A stretch of DNA of 64,000 nucleotides from Eledone cirrhosa (GCA_964016885.1 OZ024740.1:358298001-358362000); one strand, 5' to 3'; numbered from the stretch's first letter, positions 25,053 to 38,657 are shown. Numbers and translations: made by a program. The notes: generated by a model not told the origin, from the sequence alone.

Positions 25053-25128
25053 ACAGATTAAAGTTTAAGCAAAGAATCGCTGCTTTCACCCTTAACGGGA
25101 TCTTCTGAAACTAACAAAGTCAATCTGT
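25053..25128 (-). ncRNA. Hammerhead fold at PLE 3' end (U4A core variant)
   Basis: Reverse complement reads ACAGATT..AGTTT-CAGAAGA-TCCC-GTTAA-GGGT-GAAA-GCA..TGC-TT-AAACT..AATCTGT. Confidence 0.6.
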
Positions 25129-25199
25129 AAACGCAGAAGTGGATATTTCAAAAAACGTTGCAACCGGAGGAAGACAGGAAGACGATACTTTGGTTCGTG

Positions 25200-25475
25200 G
25201 AAACGTTCGCTGGCAAAGAACGGGAAAAAACGAATAAGATACGTCATTAATAGGAGCGGTAAAAAACAATTACGCGCAAAGACAGAACCACGTTTATGGT
25301 ATAAAAGAGGTCGTAGACTAATGTTCTCTTAGGTGGTCCATAGAGACGTTCTCTGGCAACGAACGAAAAAAACGAAGATAATACGTCATATGTGGAGCGT
25401 GGAGAACAATAGCACGCAAAGACAAAACCACGTAAATGGTATAGCAGAAGTCGTAGACTAAAATTCTAACTAGGA
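25200..25475. repeat. ~143-bp diverged tandem duplication in PLE 3'UTR
   Basis: ACGTT..CTGGCAA..ATACGTCAT..GGAGCG..CGCAAAGACA.AACCACGT..GTCGTAGACTAA occurs twice. Confidence 0.8.
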
Positions 25476-28032
25476 GACCGAATGAATCTCCGCTACAGAG
25501 TTAAGAACAAAGTAAATAAATACAATACAGAAGTAATAGAAATAAATAAATACATACACGCAAACAAATACGTACATACACAAGCATACGCAAAACACTT
25601 ACCATAGGTATACAAAACCACGCACATATAAATATGTGTGTGTGTGTGTGTGTATGCGTGTATACAAATAAATAAATAAATATATAAACGTATATAAATA
25701 AATAAATACGTAAATACCAAGCGCACACACATACCTACATGTAAATACACGAATGTTCGGAGACGTAAGTCAACCAAAACATGAAGTACACATATACACA
25801 CACCCTACATACGTACGAACCTGCATACTCACACAGACGCAAAACTCCCGTATACACATAGCCAAACCATATGTACCAGAATAAAAAAAATAAAAAAAGT
25901 TTATACGCCATAACATAAACAATCAAATATACGTACGAGAAGGTATACGTACCTTCACGAAACATACGGGTAATATATACTTACCTATGCAAATAAGTAA
26001 TGGTATAAACAAAAAATATACTTAGCTCCCACATCAAGACGTAAAATATCCACGTATAGATCGTACTATCCATTAGGGTATAACGTGGGGCTGTAATACA
26101 GGAAAGTTTTGTGCAATTTATGTTTACAAGCCGAAATTGCCTCAGATTTTTTGTTTAAGATGTGGTCTGTGGCGTAGAGCATTTCCAGGGACTCAGCGGC
26201 GCAGAGGTCACATGGTCTTTTATTTCCGTTATACGATCTAGCCCTAGCTAGGATCTCCCAGTGTAACTTATATTGGGTGTGGTTGTCTTTTAGACTCCAG
26301 ATATAAGCTGAAAGTGACGTCATATTCCTTCTTAGAGGGTAACGAAAAGAATGGGTATGCGTGTAAAGACGCTGCTTGAATCTATTGGCGGTTAACCCTA
26401 TGTAGGCCCTACAGGACGTGGGTGTTACAACCTTACATTTGTAGACAATGTTACTATAGAGGCATTTCCCGGATAGGGGGCAATCAACCTGATTCCTACA
26501 ATTACAGTTAGTACTAACTACAGGGTTGCACGTGTTCCTACGGCTAGGTAGTTTAGCTAAATTTGAAGCTGTGATGTTATGTGCAAGGTTAGGAGTCGTA
26601 GAGTAAGAGATTTTAATAGTATTTCTATTAAAAATTTTACTATATTTATGTGTAGGGGGAAAATGCTTCGTAATAAGGGAAAGAAAGATCTTTCCCTTAT
26701 TATTCCTTCTTAGAGGGTAACCTCCATATTATATGGTGGGTTATACCAATAAATGCGACGGGATCTATTTCTTCTAGGTCTATTTTCGTACTCTGTATAT
26801 GCTACCTTATCGACAAATCCACTTCGAGCAAGAGCTTCATTGTAATAAGTGGAATGGTCGTTGAAAATACGCTCGTTGGTGGAAAGACGGGAAAGCCTCA
26901 ACGAAACGTTTCTTACCAGGTTCTTGGTTAGGCTGGCAGGATGGTTGGAATGCTTACTTATGCAATTTAAGCGTATCATTCGGCTTTCTATACAGGTAAT
27001 ACAACCCATTCAATAAATTGAGGGTAACGTCAAGGTAATTAACAACCGAGAGATTGGCCTCAACCTGTATAGTGAGGTTGAAGCCTTTAAAGAAGGCTGT
27101 GAGTTCTTTTCTGAACCTGTCGCAAGCACGAGGTTCGCACTTAGTCATGGTCAAAAGACCATCGTCACGGTACAAACCACCGCCCGCGTTGGGGAATTCG
27201 TCCTTGATAGAGAAAAGAAGGAAAACGCCGATAAGATCAGTAACCTCCGCAGAATCACTAGCGCCCATGCTCACGTCGAATGGGGTGCTATTGGATTTTT
27301 TAATCCAAATAGAGTCGTCGAAATTAATCACCGACTTTCGGGCATTGAGGATGACATCAACTTCGAAATCCTTAACCACTGTGAGTGTTTTAGCGAAATT
27401 GATAGCTCTGAGAAGTGGTAAAGTGATGGAGGAGTAGTAATTGTTGATGTCGAATTGGATAAAACGGCAATGTTCCTTGTTACATATGTCGTTGAACCAA
27501 TCAATCACGGCAAAAGAATTGTTCCACAGTGCAATAGGGGCCAAACTTCTAATTTCAGGTATAATTCTATCAAGAATCGTTTTACTAAGTCTACCTAAAT
27601 CGGACTTCGTAGGGTTAATAAGCCGAATAGAGGGGTTGTTCGGAAAATTGGATTTGTGATCGTTCAGGGTAAAGTGGGGAGAAATAGGGTCCAGAGGTTC
27701 GGTCCGGTCCAGGATGTTGAGATCAGATGTGATTTTAAACCCAGCATCGTTGATTTCATTGATGACGCACCGATTAGTTTTACGGTAATCCTTAGTTACA
27801 GCATTATGTAGTAGTTGATGGTAAGTACTGCGCTCCACTTGATATAGGTTGCCAGTTTTGTCGGAATGGACGTGCACGGCATTAGAATCCTTAATAGAAC
27901 AAATTCTATTCTTCAGGTCTTGCTGGAAGGAATTGCTCCTATTCCGAAATTTAATACTCCGAATGAGTTCCAAGACATCATTTTCGAATGGTAGCAATGC
28001 TGGGTTACACGGGGGGTTATTATTAATATAAT

Positions 28033-28087
<55 letters not shown>

Positions 28088-28276
28088 TAATATTTATATA
28101 TATATTTATTATTTATATATATATATATTTATATATAATATATAATATATATAATATTTATATATATATTTATTATTTATATATATATATATTTATATAT
28201 AATATATATATTTATATATAATATATATATATATTTATATTATATATTTATATATAATATATATATATATATTTAT

Positions 28277-30110
28277 CATCATCATCACCGTTTTACGTCC
28301 GTTCTTCCACGCTAGCATGGGTTAGACGGGTTGTCCTGTTGTGGGCAGTGTCTGGTCGGCTGACCATGCCTTGCTCATACAGGAACTGATCTGGCTTGAT
28401 TTCTACAGCTGGATGCCCTTCCTAACACCAACCTCATTTACAGTGAGTGCTGGGTGCTTTTTCGTGGCGCCTACACGTCCACTTTACAGTGTGGGCTGGG
28501 TGCTTTTTTGCCGTGGCACCTCCACGACCACCTTGCGGTGGGGGGGGGGGCATATTGTTTATATGCTTCAGCATGTACCCATGGGAGGTCGGGTACCCTG
28601 TATTACTGCGTGACGCCAGAAGTCACGGTCGTGTGTCATTGACTTTGAGAGGTGTAGTTGGGTAAGGTCGGCTTTTATCACCTCATCCCAAGTCATCTTG
28701 GGTCTCCCCACTCCGCGGTTTCCATCAACTTCTAGTGCTCTGCACCTTTTTATGCAGCTGTCATCCTTCATACGCATCACATGTCCATACCAGCGTAACC
28801 GCCTCTCCTGCACGCAGCATTTGATTCCTCTTATGCTCAGTCTCTCTCTCAATTCATTTATGCTTTGTCGTTCACGTATATTACTGTTACACATCCATCG
28901 GAGCATGCAGGCTTCGTTTCTCTCTAATCTACGTAAGTCTTCCACCTTCAGCGCCCAGGTCTCACTACCATGCAACATCGCTGTTCGGATACACGCATCA
29001 TACAGTCTGCCTTTCATTCTGAGGGAGAAGCCTTTTGCAGCTAGCAGTGGTAGTAGTTCCCTAAACTTCTTCCATCCCGTTCTTACCCTAGTTATTGTAC
29101 TTTCTGAGCACCCACCTCCGTTGCTAATTCGGTCACCTAGGTAGCAGAAGCTGTCTACTGTTTCTACAGGGCCCTCCCAGAGATTGGTGGTACTTGTTTC
29201 CTGTGGCTGTTTGCTTGCTGTTTCAGCACAGCTGCTGCATGTGAATCCTACATTCTTAATTAAGCTTCCTGAGATCCCGCTACATCTCTTGTGTACCCAT
29301 TGTTTGCATTTGGGGCAAATAATGGAGTTCCTACCTACACCTTTCCTACATACTGAGCAAGGCCATTTCCCTGAGGGGATCTGGGTTCTGTTTTCTCGTC
29401 TACTTATAAGGACCTTAGTCTTTGTCATGTTGACTTTGAGGCCCTTTCTCTCTAGTCCCTGCTTCCAGGTTTGGAATTTATTCTCTAGTTCTACCATAGA
29501 TTCAGCTATGAGTGCGAGGTCATCAGCATACAGGAGTTCCCATGGGCATCCGGTCTTAAACTCCTCCGTTATTGCCTGCAGGACTATGATGAACAGGAGA
29601 GGGCTAAGAACAGAGCCCCGGTGGACCCCAACCTGTACGCTAAATTCCTCGCTATACTCATTGCCAATCCTAACTTTGCTGACTGCTCCCCTATACATGG
29701 CTTGTACCGCTTTCACAAGCCATTCATCTACTCCTAGTTTTCTAAGAGCCCACCAGATTACTGCACGTGGAACTCTGTCAAAGGCCTTCTCAAGGTCGAC
29801 AAATGCCAAGTAGAGTGGCTTACTTTTAGCTAGGCACTTTTCCTGTAATTGCCTCACAAGGAAGAGCGCATCAGTGGTGCCTTTCCCTGGAACAAACCCA
29901 AACTGCATCTCGTCTATATTCACCCGGTCCCTAATCAGCTGTGCTATAACTCTTTCTGTTACTTTCATGACCTGGTCCATCAACTTTATACCTCTATAGT
30001 TTCCTCTATCTAGTGCATCGCCTTTACCTTTGTAGCAGTTGACAATGATGCTACTGCACCAATCTTTTGGTATGGCCCCCTCTAGTATTACCTGGTTAAC
30101 GATACGTGTG
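28277..30110 (-). mobile_element. 5'-truncated RTE LINE (RT with PHD-like finger), open ORF 28568-29983
   Basis: QFGF, FVDLEKAFDRVP, GSVLSPLLF, YADD, CSVC..CPKC..HKRC..CSSC, YLG, RRLRWYGHV, GRP..TW. (GAT)n tail. Confidence 0.93.
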
Positions 30111-30124
30111 GTTATATTTATATT

Positions 30125-30159
<35 letters not shown>

Positions 30160-30436
30160 ATATATTTATATTATATATATAATATATATATATATTTATA
30201 TTATATATATATATATATATATTTATATATAATATATATTATATATATATATTTATATTATATATAATATATATATATATAATATATATATATATATTTA
30301 TATTATATATAATATATATATATCTATATTATATATAATATATATAATATATATATATATATTTATATTATATATCATATATATAATATATATATATCTA
30401 TATTATATATAATATATATAATATATATATATATAT

Positions 30437-30855
30437 CATCATCATCATCATCGTTTAACGTCCGTGTTCCACGCTTGCATGGGTTTGGACGGGGGTTTTC
30501 CCACTTGAGGCAAGAGTGGTTATCTTGCAGGTTTTCTACAGCTGGATGCCCTTCCTAACACCAACCACATTTACCGTGTTGCCTACACGGCCACATTACA
30601 GCGTGAACTGTGTTTTTTTGACGTGACACCTACACGATCTCATTTGTTTCGGCCTGGATGTTGTGGCACCAACATAACTTTACATTGAAAGGGGCGGTGG
30701 GACGGGGATGTATTTTGTTAGAGTTGCCTACTGACTGTAGTAGGTTTTACTTTGTATTTAGGTAAGGCGGGTCTTCTCTATTACTGAGTACCGCCAAAGG
30801 TCTCGGTCCAATGACATTGTCTTGGTGAGGCGTAAGTGTGTGAGGTCGGAATTTA
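30437..30855 (-). mobile_element. Short 3' fragment of RTE LINE
   Basis: (GAT)n tail, 3'UTR and ORF end, nearly identical to 59089-59695. Confidence 0.85.
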
Positions 30856-30876
30856 TATATATATATATAATATATA

Positions 30877-32077
30877 TTTCCAAACATGGAAGCACGGCCT
30901 AGAATCAAAAGGCCTTAAAATTAAGCTGGCTAAGACTAAAGTTCTAGTTTGTAGGAAAGAAAATAAGGCGCCGGTCCCCTCCGGGAAATGGCCATGCTCA
31001 GTATGTAGGAAAGGCGTAGGTAGAAACTTCATTTTATGTCCCAAATGCAAAGTATGGGTGCATAAAAGATGTAGTGGGATCACAGGTAAGCTAACTAAGA
31101 ACACAGATTTTACATGTGGCCGGTGCTCTGGTGCAATAAGTAGCAGCAAGTGCCCACAAAACACTAACTCCTTCAATCGCGCAGAGGGTTCTATAGAAAT
31201 AGTGGACAGCTTCCGTTACCTGGGTGACAAAATCAGCAGTGGGGGAGAGTGCTCTGAAAGTACAGTAGCTAGAGTCAGAACTGGATGGAAAAAGTTCAGA
31301 GAGCTTATACCACTATTAGCCGCTAAAGGGTTCTCCATAAAAATGAAAGGCAGGTTGTATGATGCCTGCATACGAACAGCAATGTCGCTGGATGTGTAAT
31401 AGTAATATACGTGAACGGCAAAGCATAAACGAACTAAGGAAAAAATTAGAAATAAGAGGGATCAGATGTTGTTTACTCGAGAGAAGGCTACGTTGGTATG
31501 GTCACGTGATGCGCATGAAAGACGACAGCTGTATAACAAAGTGCAGGGCAATAAAGATAGATGGTAGCCACGGGGTAGGCAGACCCAGGAAAACCTGGGA
31601 CAAGCTGATAAATTCCGACCTCACACACTTACACCTCACCAAGACAATGTCACTGGACCGAGACCTTTGGCGGTACTCAGTAACAGAGAAGACACGCCTT
31701 ACCTAAATACAAAGTAAAACCTACTAGTCAGTAGGCATCTCTAACAAAATACACCCCCGTCCCACCCCATCCACTTCAATGCAAATTTATGTTGGTGCCA
31801 CAACATCCAGGCCGAAACAAACGAGATCGTGTAGGTGTCACGACAAAAAAACACACAGTCCACGCTGTAATGTGACCGTGTAGGCAACACGGTAAAAACC
31901 TCCCAGTCCCACACTGTAAATGTGGTTGGTGTTAGGAAGGGCATCCAGCTGTAGAAAACACGCCAGACAGTCCTATGCGAGCAAGACAACCACTCTTGCC
32001 TCAAGTGGGAAAACCCCCGTCCAAACCCATGCAAGCGTGGAACAGGGACATTAAACGATGATGATGATGATGATGAT
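30877..32077 (+). mobile_element. 5'-truncated RTE LINE with internal deletion
   Basis: ORFs 30836-31399 and 31359-31706 match the 59597-62617 protein. Deletion and frameshift at ~31385. (GAT)n tail. Confidence 0.9.
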
Positions 32078-32359
32078 ATATACATATAATATATACATAT
32101 AATATATATATATATACATACATTTAAGTGTGTAAGGATGTTGATATGATCTATGTCTTCGTTTTTGGTAAGGAGAACATTTTTGTCGCCAGATTTTATT
32201 ACCTAGGGAGATAAATACCACACTTCTGGCTGAAAGCTGACCAGGTTCTCAACCTCATCAAACACTAATGCCGACCTGTGTGTTCACCACCATTGCTTCT
32301 TGTCATTCCTGTTGAAGGAGTCCTTACTTTCATTCTCTTTGATTTCAGGGATTGATGTT

Positions 32360-33070
32360 AGATCCACTACTATTTGTAGTTGTAATGGAGATACTGGCCT
32401 GAAGTGTAAAGGAGTTGCTGTATGCAGATTATCTGATAGCGCAAACAGAGAGTATGGATGGACTGAGGAAGAACGTAAGTGGAAGGGGTACATAGAGGTA
32501 AAGTGTATAAAGGTGATAGCAAGTGTTAAAGTATGTGAGGTAAACAATAGGAAGTTGTTGTGTGCAAGAAGGGTGTTGGAGCAAACTCCCTTAAATATAA
32601 GATATGTTGATTGGGTATAACATAAATGCAGTGGTATGAGAAGATTTTTAAATAATGTGGCAGCTACATTTAAATGTAAGGTGTGTATAGAGGGAGCTGT
32701 GGATGGAAAGGCATTAGATCTTTGAAATAACATGAAGATGGAAGGTGTGAAAGCATTTTGTTTCCTAGAAGATGTGTTGAATGGAAGATTTCAGGATTAA
32801 ATTGCAAGCTAACAAGGAAATGTGTAAGAATGACCATGAATTACAGGAGCAAGACATGAGGAAAGAAGGCTGGAAAGAACAGATAACAAAATGTTTTGGT
32901 GGATGAGTATAGTATAACTGGGAGAGGAAGCCAAACAATAAATTGCAGAGGAAGAAAGGAATAGTTCCAGTGGTAAATGGTGCAAAACAAAATGGAATGA
33001 AATGGCTGGGTAATGAGTTTAGTTAGAATGAAAGTGTTTGGGTGAAACGAATGATAGAATTCAATCTAGA
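32360..33070 (+). pseudogene. Old, highly decayed RTE LINE fragment
   Basis: Remnants of ELLYAD, GVGANS, W.HK.CSG and FKCKVC in broken frames. Confidence 0.55.
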
Positions 33071-34502
33071 AGTAGAAGAAAAGGTGGTAGATAGGGCAAC
33101 ATAGAAGCTAACTCCTGTTTCAGCAAGGAAAATAGCCTTAAAACACTTATACTATGTGTATAGATAGATGTAAACATCTGATATACAATATTTTCTTTGA
33201 CAGGAAAATAGGGATCATTAGGCTAGTTTTAATCCTGTTAAAATTTTACCAGTAACTCAGTATTCAATTTAACTGCTCACAAATACATTGCATCATGTAT
33301 GTAAACCAGTCTATCCAATTTACTTCAGCCTTTAGTAATAGTGGGTTTATGAGCAGTGTGCCCAGGGACAGTTAAAAAGAGTATTCTGTCACTGATGAAA
33401 TTCTAACATAGCTGATCCTAATTTTTCTTACTATGAAGATATTGTATATAAAGAGAAGTTGTTTACATATATTTTTGGCAAAAAAAAATCAGAATGGCAT
33501 TTAAACAAAGCATTTAATATATTATTAATTTATTAAAGTGTTCAATGTTTGCTCAGCTCCTCATTCATCCAATGGGCTGTAGATTATCAAAATACTTTAA
33601 ATAATATTAATGAATTATTGGTAGAATGAGTCAACTTTGGCATAAATTGAACTTGAAATGTATTTCCTGCCTAGCTTTGGTAAAAAGGTGTATACTTTTA
33701 GTCTCTATTTCATCTCAATTTCAAAGCACGGTTTGACATTTTTGATACAGGGAGTATCAAAAAGATAACTAGTACTATGTGTGGTAAGGAGAAAACAAAA
33801 TACTCAATGATTAATTATGGATATACTTTTGGTTTTCTGAATGTATCAGAAAAAGCATGCTTCACCATACTTGTCAAAATAGCAATGAACTAATTATTAA
33901 GTATACAGATATAGGAAAAAGAAAGTGAGACATTAGCAATATAACTAAAATGAATTTGGTTCTAACCGAGAAACAAAATTGAAATATTGAGTCAGTACAA
34001 CAAAAGCATACCTCAATTCTTCAGCTATCACCCTTTAAATTGTAGAAATAATTTATGACTAGGCAAAAGGCCAATTTTCATAAGTGAAGGACTAGCCAGT
34101 TGAATCAATTCCAATATATTATTGGCACTATTCTACTGATTTAGAAAAGAATTATATTCAATATGGCAAGTTACTCTTGAACTTAACACTTTCTCCCAAC
34201 TTAGAGACCTTTAGAACAAAGAAATAAGACAAGTGTCAAAAGATCAAATATTTATTTTCCTATGGAGATGAGAAAACATTTATATAAAAAAAACCAAGAT
34301 ATTATTTAGTAACATCTATTGAATGCTGATTAGACTGTATGATTGAAGTTATATTTCTTCAAGACAGAGGATCGATGCTTTTATTCATATTGACAACAAT
34401 AACCAGTTATAGTGCTAATGTTAGCAACTATAGTACATTATCATGATTTTGTAGACTAGAGCAGGATACATTTTATATTCAACCAAATAATTAGAAAATA
34501 AC

Positions 34503-34655
34503 TCAGGAATTTGAACCACCTTCAAATGTGCTTTTGTCAAACATGTATTCACCAAGTCCAGCACCAACACGTTTCAGATTAGCAAGGTGATCAGATAATT
34601 CTTTAATGGATTCAACTTGATGACTCAAGAATTCAGACTCAAGAAAATCACACAG
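34503..34655 (-). CDS. FTH1: Ferritin (H-type, cytosolic) exon 4
   Basis: ttttacag|[50 protein letters not shown]. The symbol denotes an H-chain homolog, not proven orthology. Confidence 0.93.
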   Translation of the reverse strand: MCDFLESEFLSHQVESIKELSDHLANLKRVGAGLGEYMFDKSTFEGGSNS

Positions 34656-35829
34656 CTGTAAAAGTGTAAAAAAAAAAAAAGATTAAAACAAACAAATCAT
34701 TTCTACAAAAAGTAATTATAATCACCATTAAAGCAATTTATATTTTACGATAATCATACAGTGGAGTATCACAAGTTCTAACACCCATCCCTATTCCCTT
34801 TCGAGTTTAGATGTCACAATGATCAGTTTTGTTTTTTACCCTTTCTAAAATTAGTTCAAACTAGGAGTAGATTGATTTGCTGCTTACTGAAATCAAACCT
34901 GGAACCACATGGATGTGAAATAACAGCAATGCTAGTGCCCATAACAACAATGAAACAGAGCGAGACAGTCACTCAACTTAATAGAAATAGCACTTTCTTC
35001 CCAAATTACACCATAGTGCCCTATGGTTGGAATGCTTTTGATTATGTCTGCACAATCCTTTTTCATTTGGTACCAAACAACAGCAGGTAACTATGAGGAT
35101 CTATCTGAAGCCAATGTATGAACATGAAAGTTTTATGTGATTCAAGATAAGATTGACTAGCATTCTTCTCTCTTACTTGATTCAGTCATTAGATAGTGGC
35201 TTACTGGAGCACAACCTTGATTTAGTCAATCATATCAAACCCAGTATTTATTTTTTCAAGCCTGGTACTCTTTTATATCGAACTGCTAAGTTACAGGACA
35301 TAAGCACAAACACACAAAGATATACATACATATATATATTGTGAGTGAACCCAGAACCAGCTGGTTGTGAAGCAAACTAACAAATCAGCTATAGTGAATA
35401 TTTTTATGGCTTGATCTAAACTTTATTATTATTATTTATAAAACAAAGTTGTAAAAACCTCAAAAGTTATGACTTTAAACAATTAATAATTTACAGATTG
35501 CAAATAGTTATTCACAATTTAAATGACATTTAAGAATATTCTATTAATTCACTAATTAACCCCAAACATCCAGTACTACATAGAACCACATTAGTAAGAC
35601 ATTCTTGTAAAGTACAATAAGGCATTGACTACATCATATTAAAAATTACAGTTTACTACAAATTTTCGCAAAAATCTGTCCACTAGTAAATATACTATAA
35701 ACATTTGAATTAACAAATCCGTTTTAAGATATTTTGTGTTAAACAATTACAGAATGTTAAGAGTTAGAGTTTTATAAATCTTTCACCCCAATCTGATGTT
35801 GACATACAGCAAAAATGAAAAATACTTAC

Positions 35830-35955
35830 ATTACTGTCACTATGATCTGAAGCAATCTTGTGTAATTCAAGCAATGACTGGTTGATATTTTTCTCCAGTT
35901 GCAAAGCCATCTGGACAGCATCCAATCCACTACCCCACTCATCTTGTTCAGGTTT
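35830..35955 (-). CDS. FTH1: Ferritin exon 3
   Basis: aag|[42 protein letters not shown]|gtaagt, phase 0. Confidence 0.93.
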
Positions 35956-37064
35956 CTTGATGGAGTAGAAAATAGTAAAACAAATGTACGATATTATATG
36001 TCCCATTTTCATGATGGCACTCAACACACCTGTAGTTGGCATTAGGAAAGGAATCCAACCAAAAAAACCAAGCTAAATATGGAATGTAACGAGTAAGACT
36101 GATTGTTCTGACCCTTTTGATATTTAGGTGACATATTTTGCATGGTTTCTATAGCTGGGTGCCCTTCCTAAAGCCAACCATCTTACAGAGTATTTTGGGT
36201 GCATTTTTTGTGACATGTGCACTACCACTTTAATGGGTGAGTTGGGAGCATTTTATTGTGGCACCAACACTACCACTTTACAGGGTGTACTGGAAGCATG
36301 ATTGGAAATGATAAAATGTAATAAAAATAAAACTAATTTGCACAGACAAGTTAAGAGAATATGTATTATATGAACGTGTGTATGTATCTCTTTATATATA
36401 TTGTAGGTTGAATATGTGAAAAAGAGATAGATATGAGGTTTGATCAGTAGTTTTGTAGTCTTTTTTGGTGCTTACTAAAGGTAAATTTAATATCTCTCCG
36501 TGTGTGTGTGTTATATTTGAAGATGGTCATTTTGTCAATAAGAACACAATGACACATCAATTTTCACTCCAGCTTTGTTATTAGTTAGTCCGTCAAAACT
36601 ATTTCATCACACATTCTGACTTCCTCAATGACATTTTGTTTCCTCTTCTTTTTGGACAATCCGTTCACCCCATCTTGTTTTTCTGTGGTATGTTTTCTTG
36701 TCTGCACATGCATTTATACCTGAGACTGTGTGTGCGTGTCTATGTGTTTCACATGTGCATGTTTCTTGTATCTTCCATTTATGTATTTGCCAAATGCAGA
36801 AACGTAACATGATATATAGCTACTCTCTATCCCTTATTCATCCCCAATGCTCATCTTTCCTATCTCCCTACTATGACCACCCTCTCTATTGAGTACACTC
36901 CCCACACCACATCCTCTCTCCTCATACACTAACCAGCTATCCCTTAACCCCACCTATCTCTCCCTTCATATACTAATCAGCCATCCCTGCCAAATCCCCC
37001 AAAATATTTATAAATTCATACCTATCTCTCTCCCCAGAGCTGAGACTGCTCTACAATTGGGTCT

Positions 37065-37645
37065 ATGATCAACAATCACTCTAGTGATGGTGCCACAAAA
37101 ATGCAGCCAGTAAACTCCATAAGGGTGGTTGGTGACAGGAAGGGCACCTTGCTGCAGAAACCATGTCTAAAAGGGTTGAGAGGACCCTTTAGTTTTGTCA
37201 AAGACACAACAACCTCTCTAATGTTGGTGATCTACACGATAAAATCCAGTACATGGTGTAAAGTGGTTGGTGATAGGAAGGGCATCAACCATAGAAAGCC
37301 TGCTAAACAAAGGGTTGGGTGGACACTTTAGATGTGTCAAGGACATGACAGTCTCCTTAGTGCTAGTGATCTACACAATAAAATCACCCAATACATGCTG
37401 TAATGTGGTTGATTGAGAAGGGCAACCAGCTGTAGAAAGCATGCCAAACAAGAAATTAGGAGGACCCTTCAGTTTGTGACAAAAGACACAATAACTTCTT
37501 TGCACTCGATATGACCATACACAAGTGAGATACAGCCACCTCGGCCTGTCTGGGAAGTCAGTAGCCCTGCCTCAGTACTGACTTGGTCTATGTAGACCCG
37601 TTTAACCCTTGCTAGCATGAAAAGTGGATGTTAAATGATGATATT
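37065..37645 (+). repeat. Tandem subunits of RTE-3'UTR-related repeat
   Basis: GTGGTTGGTGA(C/T)AGGAAGGGCA motif occurs three times, with terminal CCCTTGCTAGCATGAAAAGTGGATGTTAAATGATGAT. Related copies near 36000, 40400-40810, 54360-54690, 55490, 57190-57600 and 63010. Confidence 0.6.
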
Positions 37646-38465
37646 TATATGTATTAAAAAGAAGAGAGACCGTTTTACTTATTCAACTTTTATGTACATT
37701 TCAAAGGTATTAAAATGACCTTATGTAATAGTTATTTAATGTGACATCAGACAGGTGCTGAAAATATAAGCAAGCTTTTGTTTTTTGATATACTGCCATT
37801 GAAGGGATGTTGTTAATTCAGAGAGCTGGGGTTAAAAACTTACTGTTACTGATATAATAATTAAATCCTGCACATTTAGCTTCTGAAAATATTTACTGAA
37901 CAAATGTATCGCTCTTCTCTTTTGCTTTAAACACAACTCATAGGAATTACAAAACTAGTGTTTATAACTATCTGGACAGCAGTACATTATTGGTCTACAT
38001 TCAATTACCAGTATGGACATACCAGAAAAAATAATTTTTCACTAGAAGCAAATGGCTGTAGTTCTTATGAGGTTTCAGCCTTACATGAGTCACTTAAATA
38101 TAGCTGACCGATGAGTCAGGTGCATATAATCTTACATGGGAACAAGCCTGAGCAGTTAGTTGGCTAGGGTACCTAGAGCTATGTGATTCGATATACATAA
38201 CAGCAGAGATAGCCAATTTAGTGCTAAACAGATGGAGGAGTAATTTAATATACTAAGAGTTTTCTATAATCAGAAAATTATAGAAATATCAGTAATACTG
38301 AAAAATATAAAAAAAGTAGTTTTTAAAGTTATTATTTTAACAATTGTTAGCTAATAGAAACTATGACAACAACAATGGTTCTAAAAAATTTCTTAGTACC
38401 ATAAAGGGGATATTTTTTTATAAATATAGAAATATCATACCAGCTACCAATATGCCACTGCTTAA

Positions 38466-38657
38466 CCCTTTAGCATTTACTTGACTTTACACATACTATT
38501 GTATTTTCGCAATAAAGGCTTTATCTCATATAATATTGAATCTATGAGATTTTGATATTCATTTTGAGAACAATACCATAACATCAGTATGAGTGGCCAG
38601 TTACAGCCAGTCTGAACAGAAAGAAGTGAGAGAATTCTGGCCGGATTAAATGCAAGG
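38466..38657. mobile_element. piggyBac-like MITE copy
   Basis: TTAA-CCCTTTAGCATT start. Reverse-complement match to 776-995. Confidence 0.55.

Larger units (their letters stand above)
25042..28020 (-). mobile_element. Penelope-like element (RT + CxC linker + C-terminal GIY-YIG), frameshifted
   Basis: RT 26954-27997 (FDINNYYSSI, GGLYRDD, YLDVTL), thumb 26710-27009 (SNHP, WYNPPY), NCNCRNQVDCPYPGKC, IVYKC..AYIGLT..FKQR, CDLC..E, CKH. (TA)n flanks. Confidence 0.92.

Noticed and set aside
37665-37752. Possible additional minus-strand hammerhead (CTGATGT..AAAACGGTC)
   Set aside because: Both core boxes deviate and there is no convincing stem I.
38085-38120. Two TGAGTCA AP-1 motifs in ferritin intron 2
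   Set aside because: Short motifs lacking the full ARE GC box. Cannot be distinguished from chance without conservation data.
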